Below the pieces are notes generated by a model. It saw only the letters and a list, made by a program, of their open reading frames with translations, made no database searches and had not been told where the DNA came from. Made by a program: the position numbers and the translations under genes. This document shows, in pieces, positions 9,203 to 19,457 of a DNA stretch of 35,294 bases. The first letter of the stretch is position 1; every line of letters starts with the position of its first letter. Source of the stretch: Nitratireductor sp. (GTDB lineage Bacteria; Pseudomonadota; Alphaproteobacteria; Rhizobiales; Rhizobiaceae); the NCBI GenBank assembly GCA_045105915.1, contig JBGCEA010000189.1:1-35294 (forward strand). The letters run 5' to 3'.

Positions 9203-11383
9203 TTATTTTGCTGCTTTTAGCTCTAATCTTCTTCGGTGCAAAACAGGCTCTGTGTAGCCAGAGGGTTGCTGTGTACCTTCAAACACCAATTCGCATGCAG
9301 CTTGAAATGCGATTGAGTTTTCAAAGTCTGCTGCCATTGGCTGATAAAGCGGATCGTCTTTGTTTTGCTTATCAACCACTTTAGCCATACGCTTTAGCGA
9401 CGCCATGGCTTCGGCTTTTGTGCATACCTTGTGATATAGCCAGTTTGCCATGTGCTGAGAAGAAATGCGCAGTGTTGCACGGTCTTCCATTAAGCCAACA
9501 TTGTTTATGTCTGGCACTTTTGAACAACCAACACCTTGGTCTACCCAGCGCACCACATAACCCAAAATGCCTTGCGAGTTATTGTCTAACTCATTTTTAA
9601 TATCTGCCTTTGCCCAATTAGGTCGGCGTGCAATTGGGATAGACAAAATGTCTTCAACTTTTGCTTTTTTGCGGCGGCTAATTGTTTTTTGAACATCCAT
9701 CACATTCACTTGGTGATAATGCGTGGCATGCAAAGTAGCGGCGGTAGGTGATGGCACCCAAGCGGTATTTGCACCAGATTTTGGATGTCCAATTTTTTGT
9801 TTAATCATTTCAGCCATCAAATCTGGCATGGCCCACATGCCCTTGCCTATTTGGGCTTTGCCAGAAAGACCGCATGCTAGACCAACATCTACATTGTTGT
9901 CTTCATAGGCGCTGATCCAAGTTGAGGCTTTCATGTCGGCTTTTCTTATCATTGGGCCTGCGCGCATTGATGTATGCATCTCATCGCCTGTGCGATCTAA
10001 GAAACCAGTATTAATAAACACAACACGAGACTTAGCGGCTCTTATACATTCTTTGAGGTTCACCGTTGTGCGGCGCTCTTCGTCCATAATGCCCATCTTC
10101 ATGGTGTTTGGTTTCATACCAAGCAATTTTTCAACACGGCCAAATAGTTTTGCCGCAAATGCAACTTCTTCTGGCCCATGCATTTTTGGTTTCACAACAT
10201 ACATAGAGCCTTTACGAGAATTTTTGTTCACGCCTTTTGGTCCAATGTCATGCAGGGCGATAAGGCCCGTAATGGCTGCATCCATTATACCTTCAGGTAT
10301 ATCGTTGCCCTTGTACAAAATTGCAGGGTTGGTCATTAGGTGCCCAACATTGCGAATGAGCATAACGGCGCGCCCAGACAGAGACTTTTCTTTGCCAGTG
10401 TTTGATTTGAAAACTTTATCTTCGTTCAAGCGGCGTGTGATTTTCTTGCCGTTTTTAACAAGTGTTTCAGTTAGTGTGCCATCCATAAGGCCAAGCCAAT
10501 TGCTGTAGACTTCAATTTTGTCTGCCGCGTCTACCGCTGCAATACTGTCTTCGCAATCCATGATTACGGTCAGTGCAGATTCTAAAATAATGTCAGAAAC
10601 ATGCGCTTTATCTGTGCTACCAATTGGGTGGTCTGCATTGATAATAATTTGTAGGTGCATGCCATTTTTAGCCAGGAAAATACTGGTTGGTGCATCTGCT
10701 TTGCCCGTATAACCAACAAATTGTTTTGGATCTTGAAGCTTTGTTTCTTCGCTCTTTACTTGTGCAACGAGCTTACCTTTTTTTACAAAATAGCGTGTTA
10801 CTTTAGAGTGCTTTTCGTCTTTTAAAGGCGCTGATTGATCTAAGAATTTGCGACCCCATGCAATAGCTTTTTTGCCTCGTGCTGGGTTGTATTCTTTTGT
10901 TATTTTTGTGTCTTTGGTTTGGGCTATAACATCTGTGCCATAAAGCGCATCGTACAAAGAGTCCCATCTTGCATTAGCCGCGTTTAGCGCATAGCGCGCA
11001 TTCATAACCGGCACCACAAGTTGCGGGCCAGCTATGGTTGCCATTTCGGCATCTACCTTAGAAGTATTGACGCTGAATGCTTTGCCAGTTGGCACTATGT
11101 AACCAATTTTTTTCAAGAATGCCTTATAGGCTTTCATGTCGTGTAGCTTGTGTTGATTATTGTCGTACCAATCATCAATTTTATTTTGTAGTGACTCACG
11201 TGTTGCAAGTAGGTCTGCATTTTCTGAAGCCAAGTCTGAAACAATTTTACCAAACCCGCTCCAAAATTTAGACTTACTAACGCCTGTATTTGGAATGGCC
11301 TTTTCGTTGACAAAATCATAAAGAGCCTTATCGACTTGTAACCCACCAGCGCTAACGCGGTTTTCTGTTTTGTTCTTGCTCAT
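9203..11383 (-). CDS. glcB: Malate synthase G
   Basis: 726 aa; [68 protein letters not shown]. Confidence 0.97.
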   Translation of the reverse strand: MSKNKTENRVSAGGLQVDKALYDFVNEKAIPNTGVSKSKFWSGFGKIVSDLASENADLLATRESLQNKIDDWYDNNQHKLHDMKAYKAFLKKIGYIVPTGKAFSVNTSKVDAEMATIAGPQLVVPVMNARYALNAANARWDSLYDALYGTDVIAQTKDTKITKEYNPARGKKAIAWGRKFLDQSAPLKDEKHSKVTRYFVKKGKLVAQVKSEETKLQDPKQFVGYTGKADAPTSIFLAKNGMHLQIIINADHPIGSTDKAHVSDIILESALTVIMDCEDSIAAVDAADKIEVYSNWLGLMDGTLTETLVKNGKKITRRLNEDKVFKSNTGKEKSLSGRAVMLIRNVGHLMTNPAILYKGNDIPEGIMDAAITGLIALHDIGPKGVNKNSRKGSMYVVKPKMHGPEEVAFAAKLFGRVEKLLGMKPNTMKMGIMDEERRTTVNLKECIRAAKSRVVFINTGFLDRTGDEMHTSMRAGPMIRKADMKASTWISAYEDNNVDVGLACGLSGKAQIGKGMWAMPDLMAEMIKQKIGHPKSGANTAWVPSPTAATLHATHYHQVNVMDVQKTISRRKKAKVEDILSIPIARRPNWAKADIKNELDNNSQGILGYVVRWVDQGVGCSKVPDINNVGLMEDRATLRISSQHMANWLYHKVCTKAEAMASLKRMAKVVDKQNKDDPLYQPMAADFENSIAFQAACELVFEGTQQPSGYTEPVLHRRRLELKAAK

Positions 11384-11506
11384 GATATTTTCAAGCTCCA
11401 GCCATTATAGTTATTTATTTAACGCATTGCCCCGTCTGCGAATATTTTGCAGAAAAGTAAATTGGTAAAGAATTATTACCACTAAATATATCTATTAATC
11501 AAGGTG

Positions 11507-11535
11507 CTTGTAAAAGCACTTAGAAGCCACCATAT
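11507..11535 (+). promoter_or_regulatory. RpoH (sigma32)-type promoter for hsp20
   Basis: CTTGTA-N17-CCATAT, close to rhizobial RpoH consensus CTTGAA-N17-CCANAT, ~120 bp upstream of a small heat-shock gene. Confidence 0.7.
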
Positions 11536-11652
11536 ATTTTAAAGTTATTGATGCCAAGAAAGTTTGCTGTTTAAACAGTTATACTTTGGGTCAGTGGAGG
11601 GTTGCTGAAAAATATTCAAATATTGAATATTCAGGGCCAAAAGGGAAAAAGA

Positions 11653-12075
11653 ATGACGAGAATTACGACGCTTACAAATCCGTTGCTTTTAGGCTTTGAA
11701 GAAATGGAACGCCTAATTGAAAAAATTTCAAAAAGTGGCAGCGATGGATACCCACCCTACAATATAGAAAAGATCACCACGCAAGATGACGTGTCGTTGC
11801 GTATCACTTTAGCTGTTGCTGGCTTTAGAGAAGATGAATTGCTTGTTGAAGTTGAAAACAACCAATTGGTGATTAGAGGCAAGCAACAGGCAGATGATGG
11901 CAAAGACTATTTGCATAGAGGAATTGCCGCGCGCCAGTTTCAAAAAAACTTCGTGCTGGCAGAGGGTATAAAGGTAGAAGAGGCAGAGTTAAAAAGCGGC
12001 CTACTCTCAATAAATTTGAGACGCCCCGAGCCACAAATTGCCAATAGAACCATTAAGATTACTGCAAAAGACTAG
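11653..12075 (+). CDS. Small heat-shock protein, Hsp20/IbpA-like
   Basis: Start moved to ATG 11653 (MTRITTLTNPLLLGFE; AAGGGA upstream); GYPPYNIE, ITLAVAGF, YLHRGIAARQF. Confidence 0.92.
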   Translation: MTRITTLTNPLLLGFEEMERLIEKISKSGSDGYPPYNIEKITTQDDVSLRITLAVAGFREDELLVEVENNQLVIRGKQQADDGKDYLHRGIAARQFQKNFVLAEGIKVEEAELKSGLLSINLRRPEPQIANRTIKITAKD

Positions 12076-12129
12076 CAATAGAATTGAGTGAACCCAATGT
12101 TGCTTGATAGCTAGATTGCTAGCTCTTGC

Positions 12130-12594
12130 TTAGGCGGCATTTGCCGCTTCTTGGTTAGAAAGCAAAACGTATAAAGCGTCGCTATTGCCGGCGCTACGCA
12201 TCTCAGTGACAAATGATTCATTGCGCAATGTGCGGGCAATGCGTGATAACATTTTTAAATGTTCAGCGCCCTCTTTGTCATCAGCCAGTAATAGAAACAC
12301 AATATCGACAGGCTCCATATCAACGGAGTCAAAATCGATGGGCTTTTCTAAAACAGCCAATATGCCAGTAATGCCATCAAGTGCATCTAACTTGCCATGA
12401 GGAATTGCAATACCACGACCTATGCCAGTTGTGCCAAGGCGCTCACGCTCTAAAAGCGTTTCAAAGATTTTACGCGATGCAATGCCGGTTTTTTCAGCAG
12501 CAATTTCAGCAAGATCGCTTAGAAGCGTTTTCTTACAATTACTGCGTAAATTCACGACAATGTCTTCAGGCCCAATAAGGTCTGTTAATTCCAT
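12130..12594 (-). CDS. ptsN: PTS IIA-like nitrogen regulatory protein PtsN
   Basis: RERLGTTGIGRGIAIPHG phospho-His motif; follows rpoN-hpf. Confidence 0.95.
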   Translation of the reverse strand: MELTDLIGPEDIVVNLRSNCKKTLLSDLAEIAAEKTGIASRKIFETLLERERLGTTGIGRGIAIPHGKLDALDGITGILAVLEKPIDFDSVDMEPVDIVFLLLADDKEGAEHLKMLSRIARTLRNESFVTEMRSAGNSDALYVLLSNQEAANAA

Positions 12595-12617
12595 TAAGTT
12601 ACTTTCTTGAATTGGCC

Positions 12618-13184
12618 CTACTTACTTCTGGAAGGGTCTATCCAACCTATATTACCATCACCACGTCGATATACAACATTGGTTTCGCCACTGGCTGCAT
12701 TTTTAAACACAACAACAGGGTTGTCCGTTAAATCTAATTGAACCACAGCTTGTGCCACACTTTGTGTGTTCATAACAGTGGTAGATTCTGCGATTATAAC
12801 AGGATTATAGTCTTCAGGCACTTCTTCTTGGGTTGGCAGCTCTACTACACTATAAAATGCAGGATCTGTTTTGTGGCTGGTATTGCCATGATGATGGTCT
12901 TTTAGGCGTCTTTTATAGCGCCTTAGTCGCTTTTCAACTTTATCTGCAGCATCTTCAAAGCTGCTTGTTGCATCGCCAGTTGTCGCTTTTGCTTGCAGCA
13001 TTGCGCCACTGTCTAAGTGTAAAAGGCAATCGCACTCAAATTGGTTTGCAGACTTTTCAATCGTTACTTGCCCGGAATATCCATCGGAAAAGTACTTGGT
13101 GACGGTTTGCTCTATTCGGTCTTGAATTCTGTTTGTTAGCACATCGCCAATGTTCATGTGTTTTCCAGAAATTCTAAGACTCAT
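12618..13184 (-). CDS. hpf: Ribosome hibernation promoting factor (long HPF/RaiA)
   Basis: MSLRISGKHMNIG, EKRLRRYKRRLKDHH, C-terminal NVVYRRGDGNIGWIDP. Confidence 0.95.
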   Translation of the reverse strand: MSLRISGKHMNIGDVLTNRIQDRIEQTVTKYFSDGYSGQVTIEKSANQFECDCLLHLDSGAMLQAKATTGDATSSFEDAADKVEKRLRRYKRRLKDHHHGNTSHKTDPAFYSVVELPTQEEVPEDYNPVIIAESTTVMNTQSVAQAVVQLDLTDNPVVVFKNAASGETNVVYRRGDGNIGWIDPSRSK

Positions 13185-13333
13185 ATTTATTCCTCCAGCT
13201 TTACCGTTAGATTAATTTGCGAAAATGTGCTGCTTCGCTCCATTTGAGATTCGTGATTATTTAATCTTATCTAAGAGAATTGATTTTTGAAGCTTAAAAA
13301 AAATATTTTTATTCAGCATTTGACTGCGTAAGT

Positions 13334-14914
13334 TTAGGTGATAAGATTCGCTGCTTTCATCGAGCGGCGCCTTTGTACCGATGAAGGTATGTGCATGGCG
13401 TCTCGATATTTTGCGACTGTGCGCCTGGCTATATCTATGCCTTTATCTTGCAAAATTTTAACAATCGCATCATCAGAATAAATGTTTTTGAGCGTCTCAT
13501 TTTCGATGAGTTGTTGAATTTCAAAGCGAACCGATTTTGCCGAATGCGATTCTTCGCCTTCCATCGCAGAGATGGCAGCTGTGAAGAAATATTTAAGTTC
13601 AAACGTACCACGCTCGCATATTAAATACTTATTGCTTGTTACGCGTGAGACAGTCGATTCGTGCATTTCAATTTCATCTGCCACCTTTTTCAAGCTCATA
13701 GGTTTTAGATGTTTTATGCCATAGGCAAAGAACTCGTCTTGCTGTTTTACAATTTCAGCAGTGACCTTCAATATTGTTTGTGCGCGCTGCTCTAGGCTTT
13801 TTGTTAGCCAATTGGCATTTTGAATACACTCATCAATATAGGCTTTGTCTTGCCGGTTTTTAACGCCCTTTTTTACAGTGGCTTGATACGTTTCATTTAT
13901 TAGAACTTTTGGCAAAGCTTCATTGTTGAGTTCAATCTTAAAACTACCGTCTGGCTGCGAATTGACAAAAACATCTATGATGATTTCTTGTGTAGGCGAT
14001 TGATCAAACTTGCGTGCTGGCCTTGGGTCTAGCACTCTAATTTCCTCAACCATATCCATTATGTCTGAAAGGCTTAAGCTACACAGTTTCGAGAGGCCAT
14101 TAAAATCTTTTTTTGCCAGCATGTCTAAGTTTTGAACCAGCAACTCCATTGCAGGGTCAAATCTGTTTTTCTCTTTTAACTGCAGTGCAATATTTTCGTT
14201 TAAATCGCGAGCGCCTATGCCAGTTGGCTCCATGCTCTGCACTATTTCTAGAGCATCTAGCGCTTCGCTTTCCAGCACACCAAGATCGGTTGCAATGGCT
14301 GTTAGCTCTTTTCTAAAATAACCATCTGGATCGAGGCTATCAATTATCTCTGCGCAAACTAATCTTTCTGATTGGCTCATACGCATCATTGCAAGTTGCT
14401 GGCCTAAATGGTCTCTAAGGGTTCGCTCACCTGCAACAAAATTTTCCAGGTTATAGTCACTATCATAGTTTACGGCGCCGCCGCTTATTGGCGCAGATGA
14501 AGAAAGTGAGTTTTGTGCTTTTGAATTTTCTTGCTGTAAAGCACCACCAGAGAGCGGGCCAAGGCTGTCACTATTGCCAGCCTCACCGCCAGAGCGATCG
14601 GTATCAAATTCGTTTTCTATAGAAGTGCCTAAGTTTTCTTCTAAGGCAGCGCTGCTAGTTTCTAGCTTTGTGCTTATCTCTAATGGCTCAACATCTTGTG
14701 TTTTTTCTGGCTCAATATTTGGCGTATCTGAACGTTGGTTCTGTCCTTCAGTGCCATCTGCCAATTCTAGAAGTGGATTGTTTTCTAGCTCTTTTGTCAC
14801 ATGCTCTAACAGCTCAACCGAATTCATTTGAAGCAGTTTTATTGACTGCACCAATTGCGGTGTCATGGCCAAACTTTGCGTCTGGCGAGCTTGTAGTTTG
14901 GGTGTTAGAGCCAT
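13334..14914 (-). CDS. rpoN: RNA polymerase sigma-54 factor
   Basis: MTPQLVQSIKLLQ, MHESTVSRVTSNKY, RpoN box ARRTVAKYR. Confidence 0.97.
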   Translation of the reverse strand: MALTPKLQARQTQSLAMTPQLVQSIKLLQMNSVELLEHVTKELENNPLLELADGTEGQNQRSDTPNIEPEKTQDVEPLEISTKLETSSAALEENLGTSIENEFDTDRSGGEAGNSDSLGPLSGGALQQENSKAQNSLSSSAPISGGAVNYDSDYNLENFVAGERTLRDHLGQQLAMMRMSQSERLVCAEIIDSLDPDGYFRKELTAIATDLGVLESEALDALEIVQSMEPTGIGARDLNENIALQLKEKNRFDPAMELLVQNLDMLAKKDFNGLSKLCSLSLSDIMDMVEEIRVLDPRPARKFDQSPTQEIIIDVFVNSQPDGSFKIELNNEALPKVLINETYQATVKKGVKNRQDKAYIDECIQNANWLTKSLEQRAQTILKVTAEIVKQQDEFFAYGIKHLKPMSLKKVADEIEMHESTVSRVTSNKYLICERGTFELKYFFTAAISAMEGEESHSAKSVRFEIQQLIENETLKNIYSDDAIVKILQDKGIDIARRTVAKYRDAMHIPSSVQRRRSMKAANLIT

Positions 14915-15052
14915 TTCATTCCGTAGGTATAGTTTAAATAAACCAGAAATATAGTTGGTTTATTTTACGCGCAGCGTAACACTAGTTCATGGGGAAAGAG
15001 TAAATGGGCTTTTGATAACTTACAATATGCTAAAAATGGCGACTTATAGTTA

Positions 15053-15991
15053 TTAAAGTGTAAATTGCTCACCAAGATAGGTTTTGCGCACTTCTGGGTT
15101 ATTCACGATCTCCGTTGGTGTGCCATGTGTAAGCACTGTGCCTGAACTAATAATGTAAGCACGATCGATTAGGCCTAGCGTTTCTCTTACGTTGTGGTCT
15201 GTGATGAGAACGCCAATGCCGCGCTGCGTTAAGTGGCGAACGAGATCTTGAATATCGCCAACGGCGATAGGATCGATACCAGCGAATGGTTCATCTAACA
15301 GCATAAATGAAGGCCGGCTGGCGAGAGCGCGTGCTATTTCGCAACGTCTACGCTCACCACCAGATAGCGCAATAGATGGCGATTTTCTTAAATGCGAAAT
15401 TGAAAACTCTTCAAGCAGAGCGTCTAATTGTCTTTCGCGCTCTTTCTTATTTGGCTCAACAACTTCTAGCACTGCTCTAATGTTGTCTTCTACTGATAGA
15501 CCTCTAAAGATTGATGCCTCTTGTGGCAAATAGCCAATACCAAGGCGCGAGCGACGATACATCGGTGTTTGCGTTATGTCGTGGCCGTCTAGTAAAATGA
15601 CACCTTCATCTGCTTCTACTAGGCCTGTAATCATATAAAAGCAGGTTGTTTTACCAGCGCCATTTGGCCCTAGCAAGCCCACTGCTTCGCCGCGCCTTAC
15701 ACCAATAGAAACACCTTTTACGACTTGGCGGCCTTTGTAAGATTTTTTGATGCCCGACACCAACAAAACGCCTTCGCGCGATCTTGGTTGTCTTGAGGGT
15801 TGGGCATTTTGGCTTGGGGGCTGAGAAATATTTGGGGCAACATTTGGTGCAATGGGTGGCGCTGTATTTGCGGTTCTTTGACCTGCAAAATGAATGTTTT
15901 TAGCTGCCGCTCTATTAGCCGAATCAACTGCTTGGCGGGTAACCACTTTTTTTATTTTATTAAAAATCCCACCCAAGCCAGACTTATTCAA
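15053..15991 (-). CDS. lptB: LPS export ABC ATPase LptB with N-terminal extension
   Basis: [42 protein letters not shown]; start placed at TTG 15991 (GGAG 6 nt upstream), ORF open to 16003. Confidence 0.93.
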   Translation of the reverse strand: MNKSGLGGIFNKIKKVVTRQAVDSANRAAAKNIHFAGQRTANTAPPIAPNVAPNISQPPSQNAQPSRQPRSREGVLLVSGIKKSYKGRQVVKGVSIGVRRGEAVGLLGPNGAGKTTCFYMITGLVEADEGVILLDGHDITQTPMYRRSRLGIGYLPQEASIFRGLSVEDNIRAVLEVVEPNKKERERQLDALLEEFSISHLRKSPSIALSGGERRRCEIARALASRPSFMLLDEPFAGIDPIAVGDIQDLVRHLTQRGIGVLITDHNVRETLGLIDRAYIISSGTVLTHGTPTEIVNNPEVRKTYLGEQFTL

Positions 15992-16123
15992 CCTATTCTC
16001 CAAACGAATCTAAACCATTATTGCAAACAATAGGTATCAGATCATGTGTAATGATTCTATTGCAAAGAAATGGAAATTTTAGTGCTTATTTAGCGCGCCG
16101 TATGCCAGTGCCATAAGCAATGT

Positions 16124-16687
16124 TTATGGACGCTTAGCTGACTTTGTATCAAACATAATTGTCACGCGGCCTTTTTTGCCACTGGTTTTGCTTTTACAAG
16201 GCGTGAGCGTTGCATCATTATTTGCAAGGTTGATTTTCAAAGTGCAGCCTTGAACAATGTTATTGCCCTGTGTCAGCGTTACGCCGCCAGTTAAAAGCGC
16301 AACTTGTTTTCGCATGTCAACGTCTGCTTTATCTGCTGTTGCTTGCTCTGCGCCAGAGCGCACGGCTACTTTGCCAGATGCTATAATTCTGCGAACATTG
16401 CCTGCAGGCCCATTATTGCTTTGGTCCTTTGAATAATAGACCGTAAGCTTAGAGGCCTTTAGCACTGTTGAACCTTGAACCACCTCAACATTGCCAGCAA
16501 AATTTGCAAGGCCTTGTCCGTCTTTTACTTCAAGCCTGTCTGCCTGAATTTGAACTGGCTGATTTGAATCTTGCATGCCAGAAAACGCACCACTGAAACT
16601 TTGGGCATTTGCTGATACTGACATTAGAAATGTTGAAACTAATATAGCGCCAATGAATTTTGAAGTTTTCTCAAGTGATGTTTTCAT
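16124..16687 (-). CDS. lptA: LPS transport periplasmic protein LptA/OstA
   Basis: Signal peptide, PVQIQADRLEV, FAGNVEVVQG, GRVTIMF; upstream of lptB. Confidence 0.9.
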   Translation of the reverse strand: MKTSLEKTSKFIGAILVSTFLMSVSANAQSFSGAFSGMQDSNQPVQIQADRLEVKDGQGLANFAGNVEVVQGSTVLKASKLTVYYSKDQSNNGPAGNVRRIIASGKVAVRSGAEQATADKADVDMRKQVALLTGGVTLTQGNNIVQGCTLKINLANNDATLTPCKSKTSGKKGRVTIMFDTKSAKRP

Positions 16688-16715
16688 TTTGATATCATCT
16701 TTTTAAATCTATAAA

Positions 16716-17531
16716 TTATTGTTTTGCGCTGTTTTGCGCGTCTTTGTAAGCTTGAGGATAAATGGTCATTTTTACATTGCTCTTAAAAATAATGTGCTCG
16801 CCATTACCCTTCACCTCAACGCCGTTTGAACTAATTTTTGCTGAAGCGCTGTTCATTTGAACAAAGTTTTCGGTAATAATATGACCCTTGCCAATATCTA
16901 TTTTGGCATCTTGCAATTGAATGTTCATGCCGTCTTGTGTTGTTAAATCAACATTGCCACCAAGGTTTAGCTTTTTCGCCTCTGCATCATAAAAGCCATT
17001 GCCTGCTCTTATATCTACATTGGTGTTTTCATCCATTGGTACGCTGGCTTTTATTTCGCTCAGTTCAATTTGGTTTAGATTACTTGCATCTTGTATGGCT
17101 TGCTTTGCGGTTAGCTCATATGGGCGAGACTCTTTGTCTAAGCCTCTAAGAACTGGGTTTTGCATAATCATATTACCGCTATCAAAGCTTTTTGATTCAA
17201 CTTGCAACGTTGGCGAACCAGCCTGATGCCAAAAATATGTAAGTGAAACACTCAAGACAATAAGAAAGCCAACAATAGGAAATAACCAGCGCAAAACACG
17301 AACTGTGCTTGTGTGGTTGTCTGCTTTTTTGAATGCTTTTTTATCGCGTTGACCAGTAAGAAAATCCACACCGCCTGAAGTGCGCTGTGGCGTTGGCCTT
17401 TGTATGTTTGCTTGTGCTTGCTGAGCGCCATGGTGAATTTCATTTGAACGACCTTGATCATACATCGCCTGCACTGCTGGCGCGGGTGTGCCTTGGTGCT
17501 GGTTTGTATGTCCATTTTGAACACCTGCCAT
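16716..17531 (-). CDS. lptC: LPS export protein LptC (start uncertain; ORF open to 17612)
   Basis: Single TM helix after HTSTVRVLRWLFP, then MQNPVLRG, PYELTAKQAIQD beta-jellyroll; position upstream of lptA. Confidence 0.85.
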   Translation of the reverse strand: MAGVQNGHTNQHQGTPAPAVQAMYDQGRSNEIHHGAQQAQANIQRPTPQRTSGGVDFLTGQRDKKAFKKADNHTSTVRVLRWLFPIVGFLIVLSVSLTYFWHQAGSPTLQVESKSFDSGNMIMQNPVLRGLDKESRPYELTAKQAIQDASNLNQIELSEIKASVPMDENTNVDIRAGNGFYDAEAKKLNLGGNVDLTTQDGMNIQLQDAKIDIGKGHIITENFVQMNSASAKISSNGVEVKGNGEHIIFKSNVKMTIYPQAYKDAQNSAKQ

Positions 17532-17704
17532 TGTGGGCGAAGGGGTAAATGGTTTTGGTTGATAGTTGTTCAAATTTCTAAACTCTTCTTTTGACCTTAG
17601 ATAAATACTCAAAAGTTAAATACAAAATAGATATATGCACAAAACTGGGGCTGGAATGCGGCACAGCTATAAGCGCGCCATCTTCTCAATATCTGCAACT
17701 ATTA

Positions 17705-18319
17705 TTAACTATGCGCAAATATGTCTTGCTCGTCCCAACCTGCTAAATCTAGTCTGGCGCGAGTTGGTAAAAACTTAAAGCATTCATTTGCCATTTTAGT
17801 GCGCTCTTCGCGCGCTAAACGCTCAACCATGATATCGCGTAATTTATGCAAATATAAAACATCACTTGCCGCGTATGCAATTTGTGCTTCTGTTAGTGTT
17901 TCTGCCGCCCAGTCAGAGCTTTGCTGCTGCTTTGAGATATCTACATTTATAAGTTCGTTACACAAATGCTTCAAACCATGACGATCTGTATAAGTGCGCG
18001 TTAGCTTAGAAGCTATTTTTGTACAAAATACTGAATTGGTTTCAACACCAAAGCTGTGCAGCAAAACAGCAACATCGAACCTAGCAAAGTGAAAGATTTT
18101 TTGTTTGCTTTTGTCTTTTAGCAACTTTTGAATATTTGGCGCTTTGCGTTGGCCTTTTTCAATTTGCACAACATCTGCACTGCCATCACCTGGTGAGAGC
18201 TGCACCACGCATAAGCGGTCTCTTAAAGGGTTTAGACCCAAGGTCTCGCTATCAATGGCCACATCGCCTGTATATTTGTCTAGGTTTGGCAAATCGCCTT
18301 TGTGAAAACGTATAGTCAA
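17705..18319 (-). CDS. rnd: Ribonuclease D-like 3'-5' exonuclease (short alphaproteobacterial form)
   Basis: AIDSETLGL..RDRLCVVQLS, HFARFD, QQQSSDW, YAASDVLYLH; TTG start at 18319 with GGAG upstream gives the usual MTIRFHKGDLP N-terminus. Confidence 0.9.
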   Translation of the reverse strand: MTIRFHKGDLPNLDKYTGDVAIDSETLGLNPLRDRLCVVQLSPGDGSADVVQIEKGQRKAPNIQKLLKDKSKQKIFHFARFDVAVLLHSFGVETNSVFCTKIASKLTRTYTDRHGLKHLCNELINVDISKQQQSSDWAAETLTEAQIAYAASDVLYLHKLRDIMVERLAREERTKMANECFKFLPTRARLDLAGWDEQDIFAHS

Positions 18320-18544
18320 TTGTTGCTCCAAATTTGGTTTTGGCACTGGTGCCAGTCTCTTCATTTTTTAACATGAACTAAGTTAGTAAATCGTTTACCA
18401 TGAAAACACGCTAAAACGCTAGATTACTCTGATATTTACCAAATAGCGACTTGCCCAAAGACAAGCCTTTTAATCAGCCCCAATGAATGATAATTTGTAA
18501 GGATACATCGCCTTATTGCGCGTGCATAATTTAGGATTTGATAC

Positions 18545-19369
18545 ATGAAGAATAATAACTATTACGCACCAAAAGGCGGCTTGCCCTCGCAGCAAGAGTT
18601 GATGACAGGCAGAGCCATTTTTACAGATGCATATGCCTTTATACCAAAAGGTGTGATGGCCGATATTGTAACTAGCTTTTTGCCACACTGGGATAAAGCA
18701 AGATTTTGGATTTTAGCGCGCCCTCTTTCTGGTTTTGCAGAAACCTTTTCGCAATATATTGGCGAGATTGAAGCAGGTGGCGGCAGCCAAAAACCTGAAC
18801 TAGACGAAACCGCACAATCAGTATTGTTTGTGGTTGAAGGTAAAATGCATCTGACCATAGATGGCGAACAACACATTTTAAACCAAGGTGGTTATGCTTA
18901 CATTCCTTGCGGCGCTACATGGAGCGTTATTAATAAAGGCAAAAAGGCTTGTAGATTTCATTGGGTGAGAAAAGCTTATGAAGCGGTGGAAGGCATTAAA
19001 CACCCAAAAGCATTTGTGACCAACGAAAACGATGTAAAGCCAATTGCAATGCCAGACACAGGCGGTGCATGGGCAACCACTCGCTTTGTTAAGCCAACAG
19101 ATATGCGCCATGACATGCATGTGAACATTGTTACTTTTCAGCCAGGCGGCGTTATTCCTTTTGAAGAGACGCACGTAATGGAACATGGTTTGTATGTACT
19201 GCAGGGCAAAGCAGTTTATAAACTCAACAACGATTGGGTTGAAGTTGAAGCGGGTGATTTTATGTGGCTTCGCGCTTTTTGTCCCCAAGCTTGCTATGCG
19301 GCTGGGCCAGAGCCATTTAGGTATTTACTCTATAAAGACGTAAACAGAGCACCTAAGCTTACTCTCTAA
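18545..19369 (+). CDS. allE: (S)-ureidoglycine aminohydrolase (AllE/YlbA bicupin)
   Basis: RPLSGFAETFSQY, DMHVNIVTFQPG, ETHVMEHGLYVL, FMWLRAFCPQAC, YLLYKDVNR. Confidence 0.9.
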   Translation: MKNNNYYAPKGGLPSQQELMTGRAIFTDAYAFIPKGVMADIVTSFLPHWDKARFWILARPLSGFAETFSQYIGEIEAGGGSQKPELDETAQSVLFVVEGKMHLTIDGEQHILNQGGYAYIPCGATWSVINKGKKACRFHWVRKAYEAVEGIKHPKAFVTNENDVKPIAMPDTGGAWATTRFVKPTDMRHDMHVNIVTFQPGGVIPFEETHVMEHGLYVLQGKAVYKLNNDWVEVEAGDFMWLRAFCPQACYAAGPEPFRYLLYKDVNRAPKLTL

Positions 19370-19395
19370 TTGGCAAAGCTTTTCCAGAAAAAATT

Positions 19396-19439
19396 ATGGC
19401 GCGAAATGAAACAGATATTCATCACGCGCCATTTTATTT
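19396..19439. terminator. Hairpin terminator between converging allE and OmpA genes
   Basis: ATGGCGCG-AA-ATGAA...TTCAT-CA-CGCGCCAT followed by TTTATTT. Confidence 0.65.
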
Positions 19440-19457
19440 GACTAAGTAAAATTAGTT

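Noticed and set aside
16093-16114. Sigma54 -24/-12 site upstream of lptB (TGGCAC/TGGCAT on minus strand)
   Set aside because: The -12 TTGC element is missing at the required spacing.
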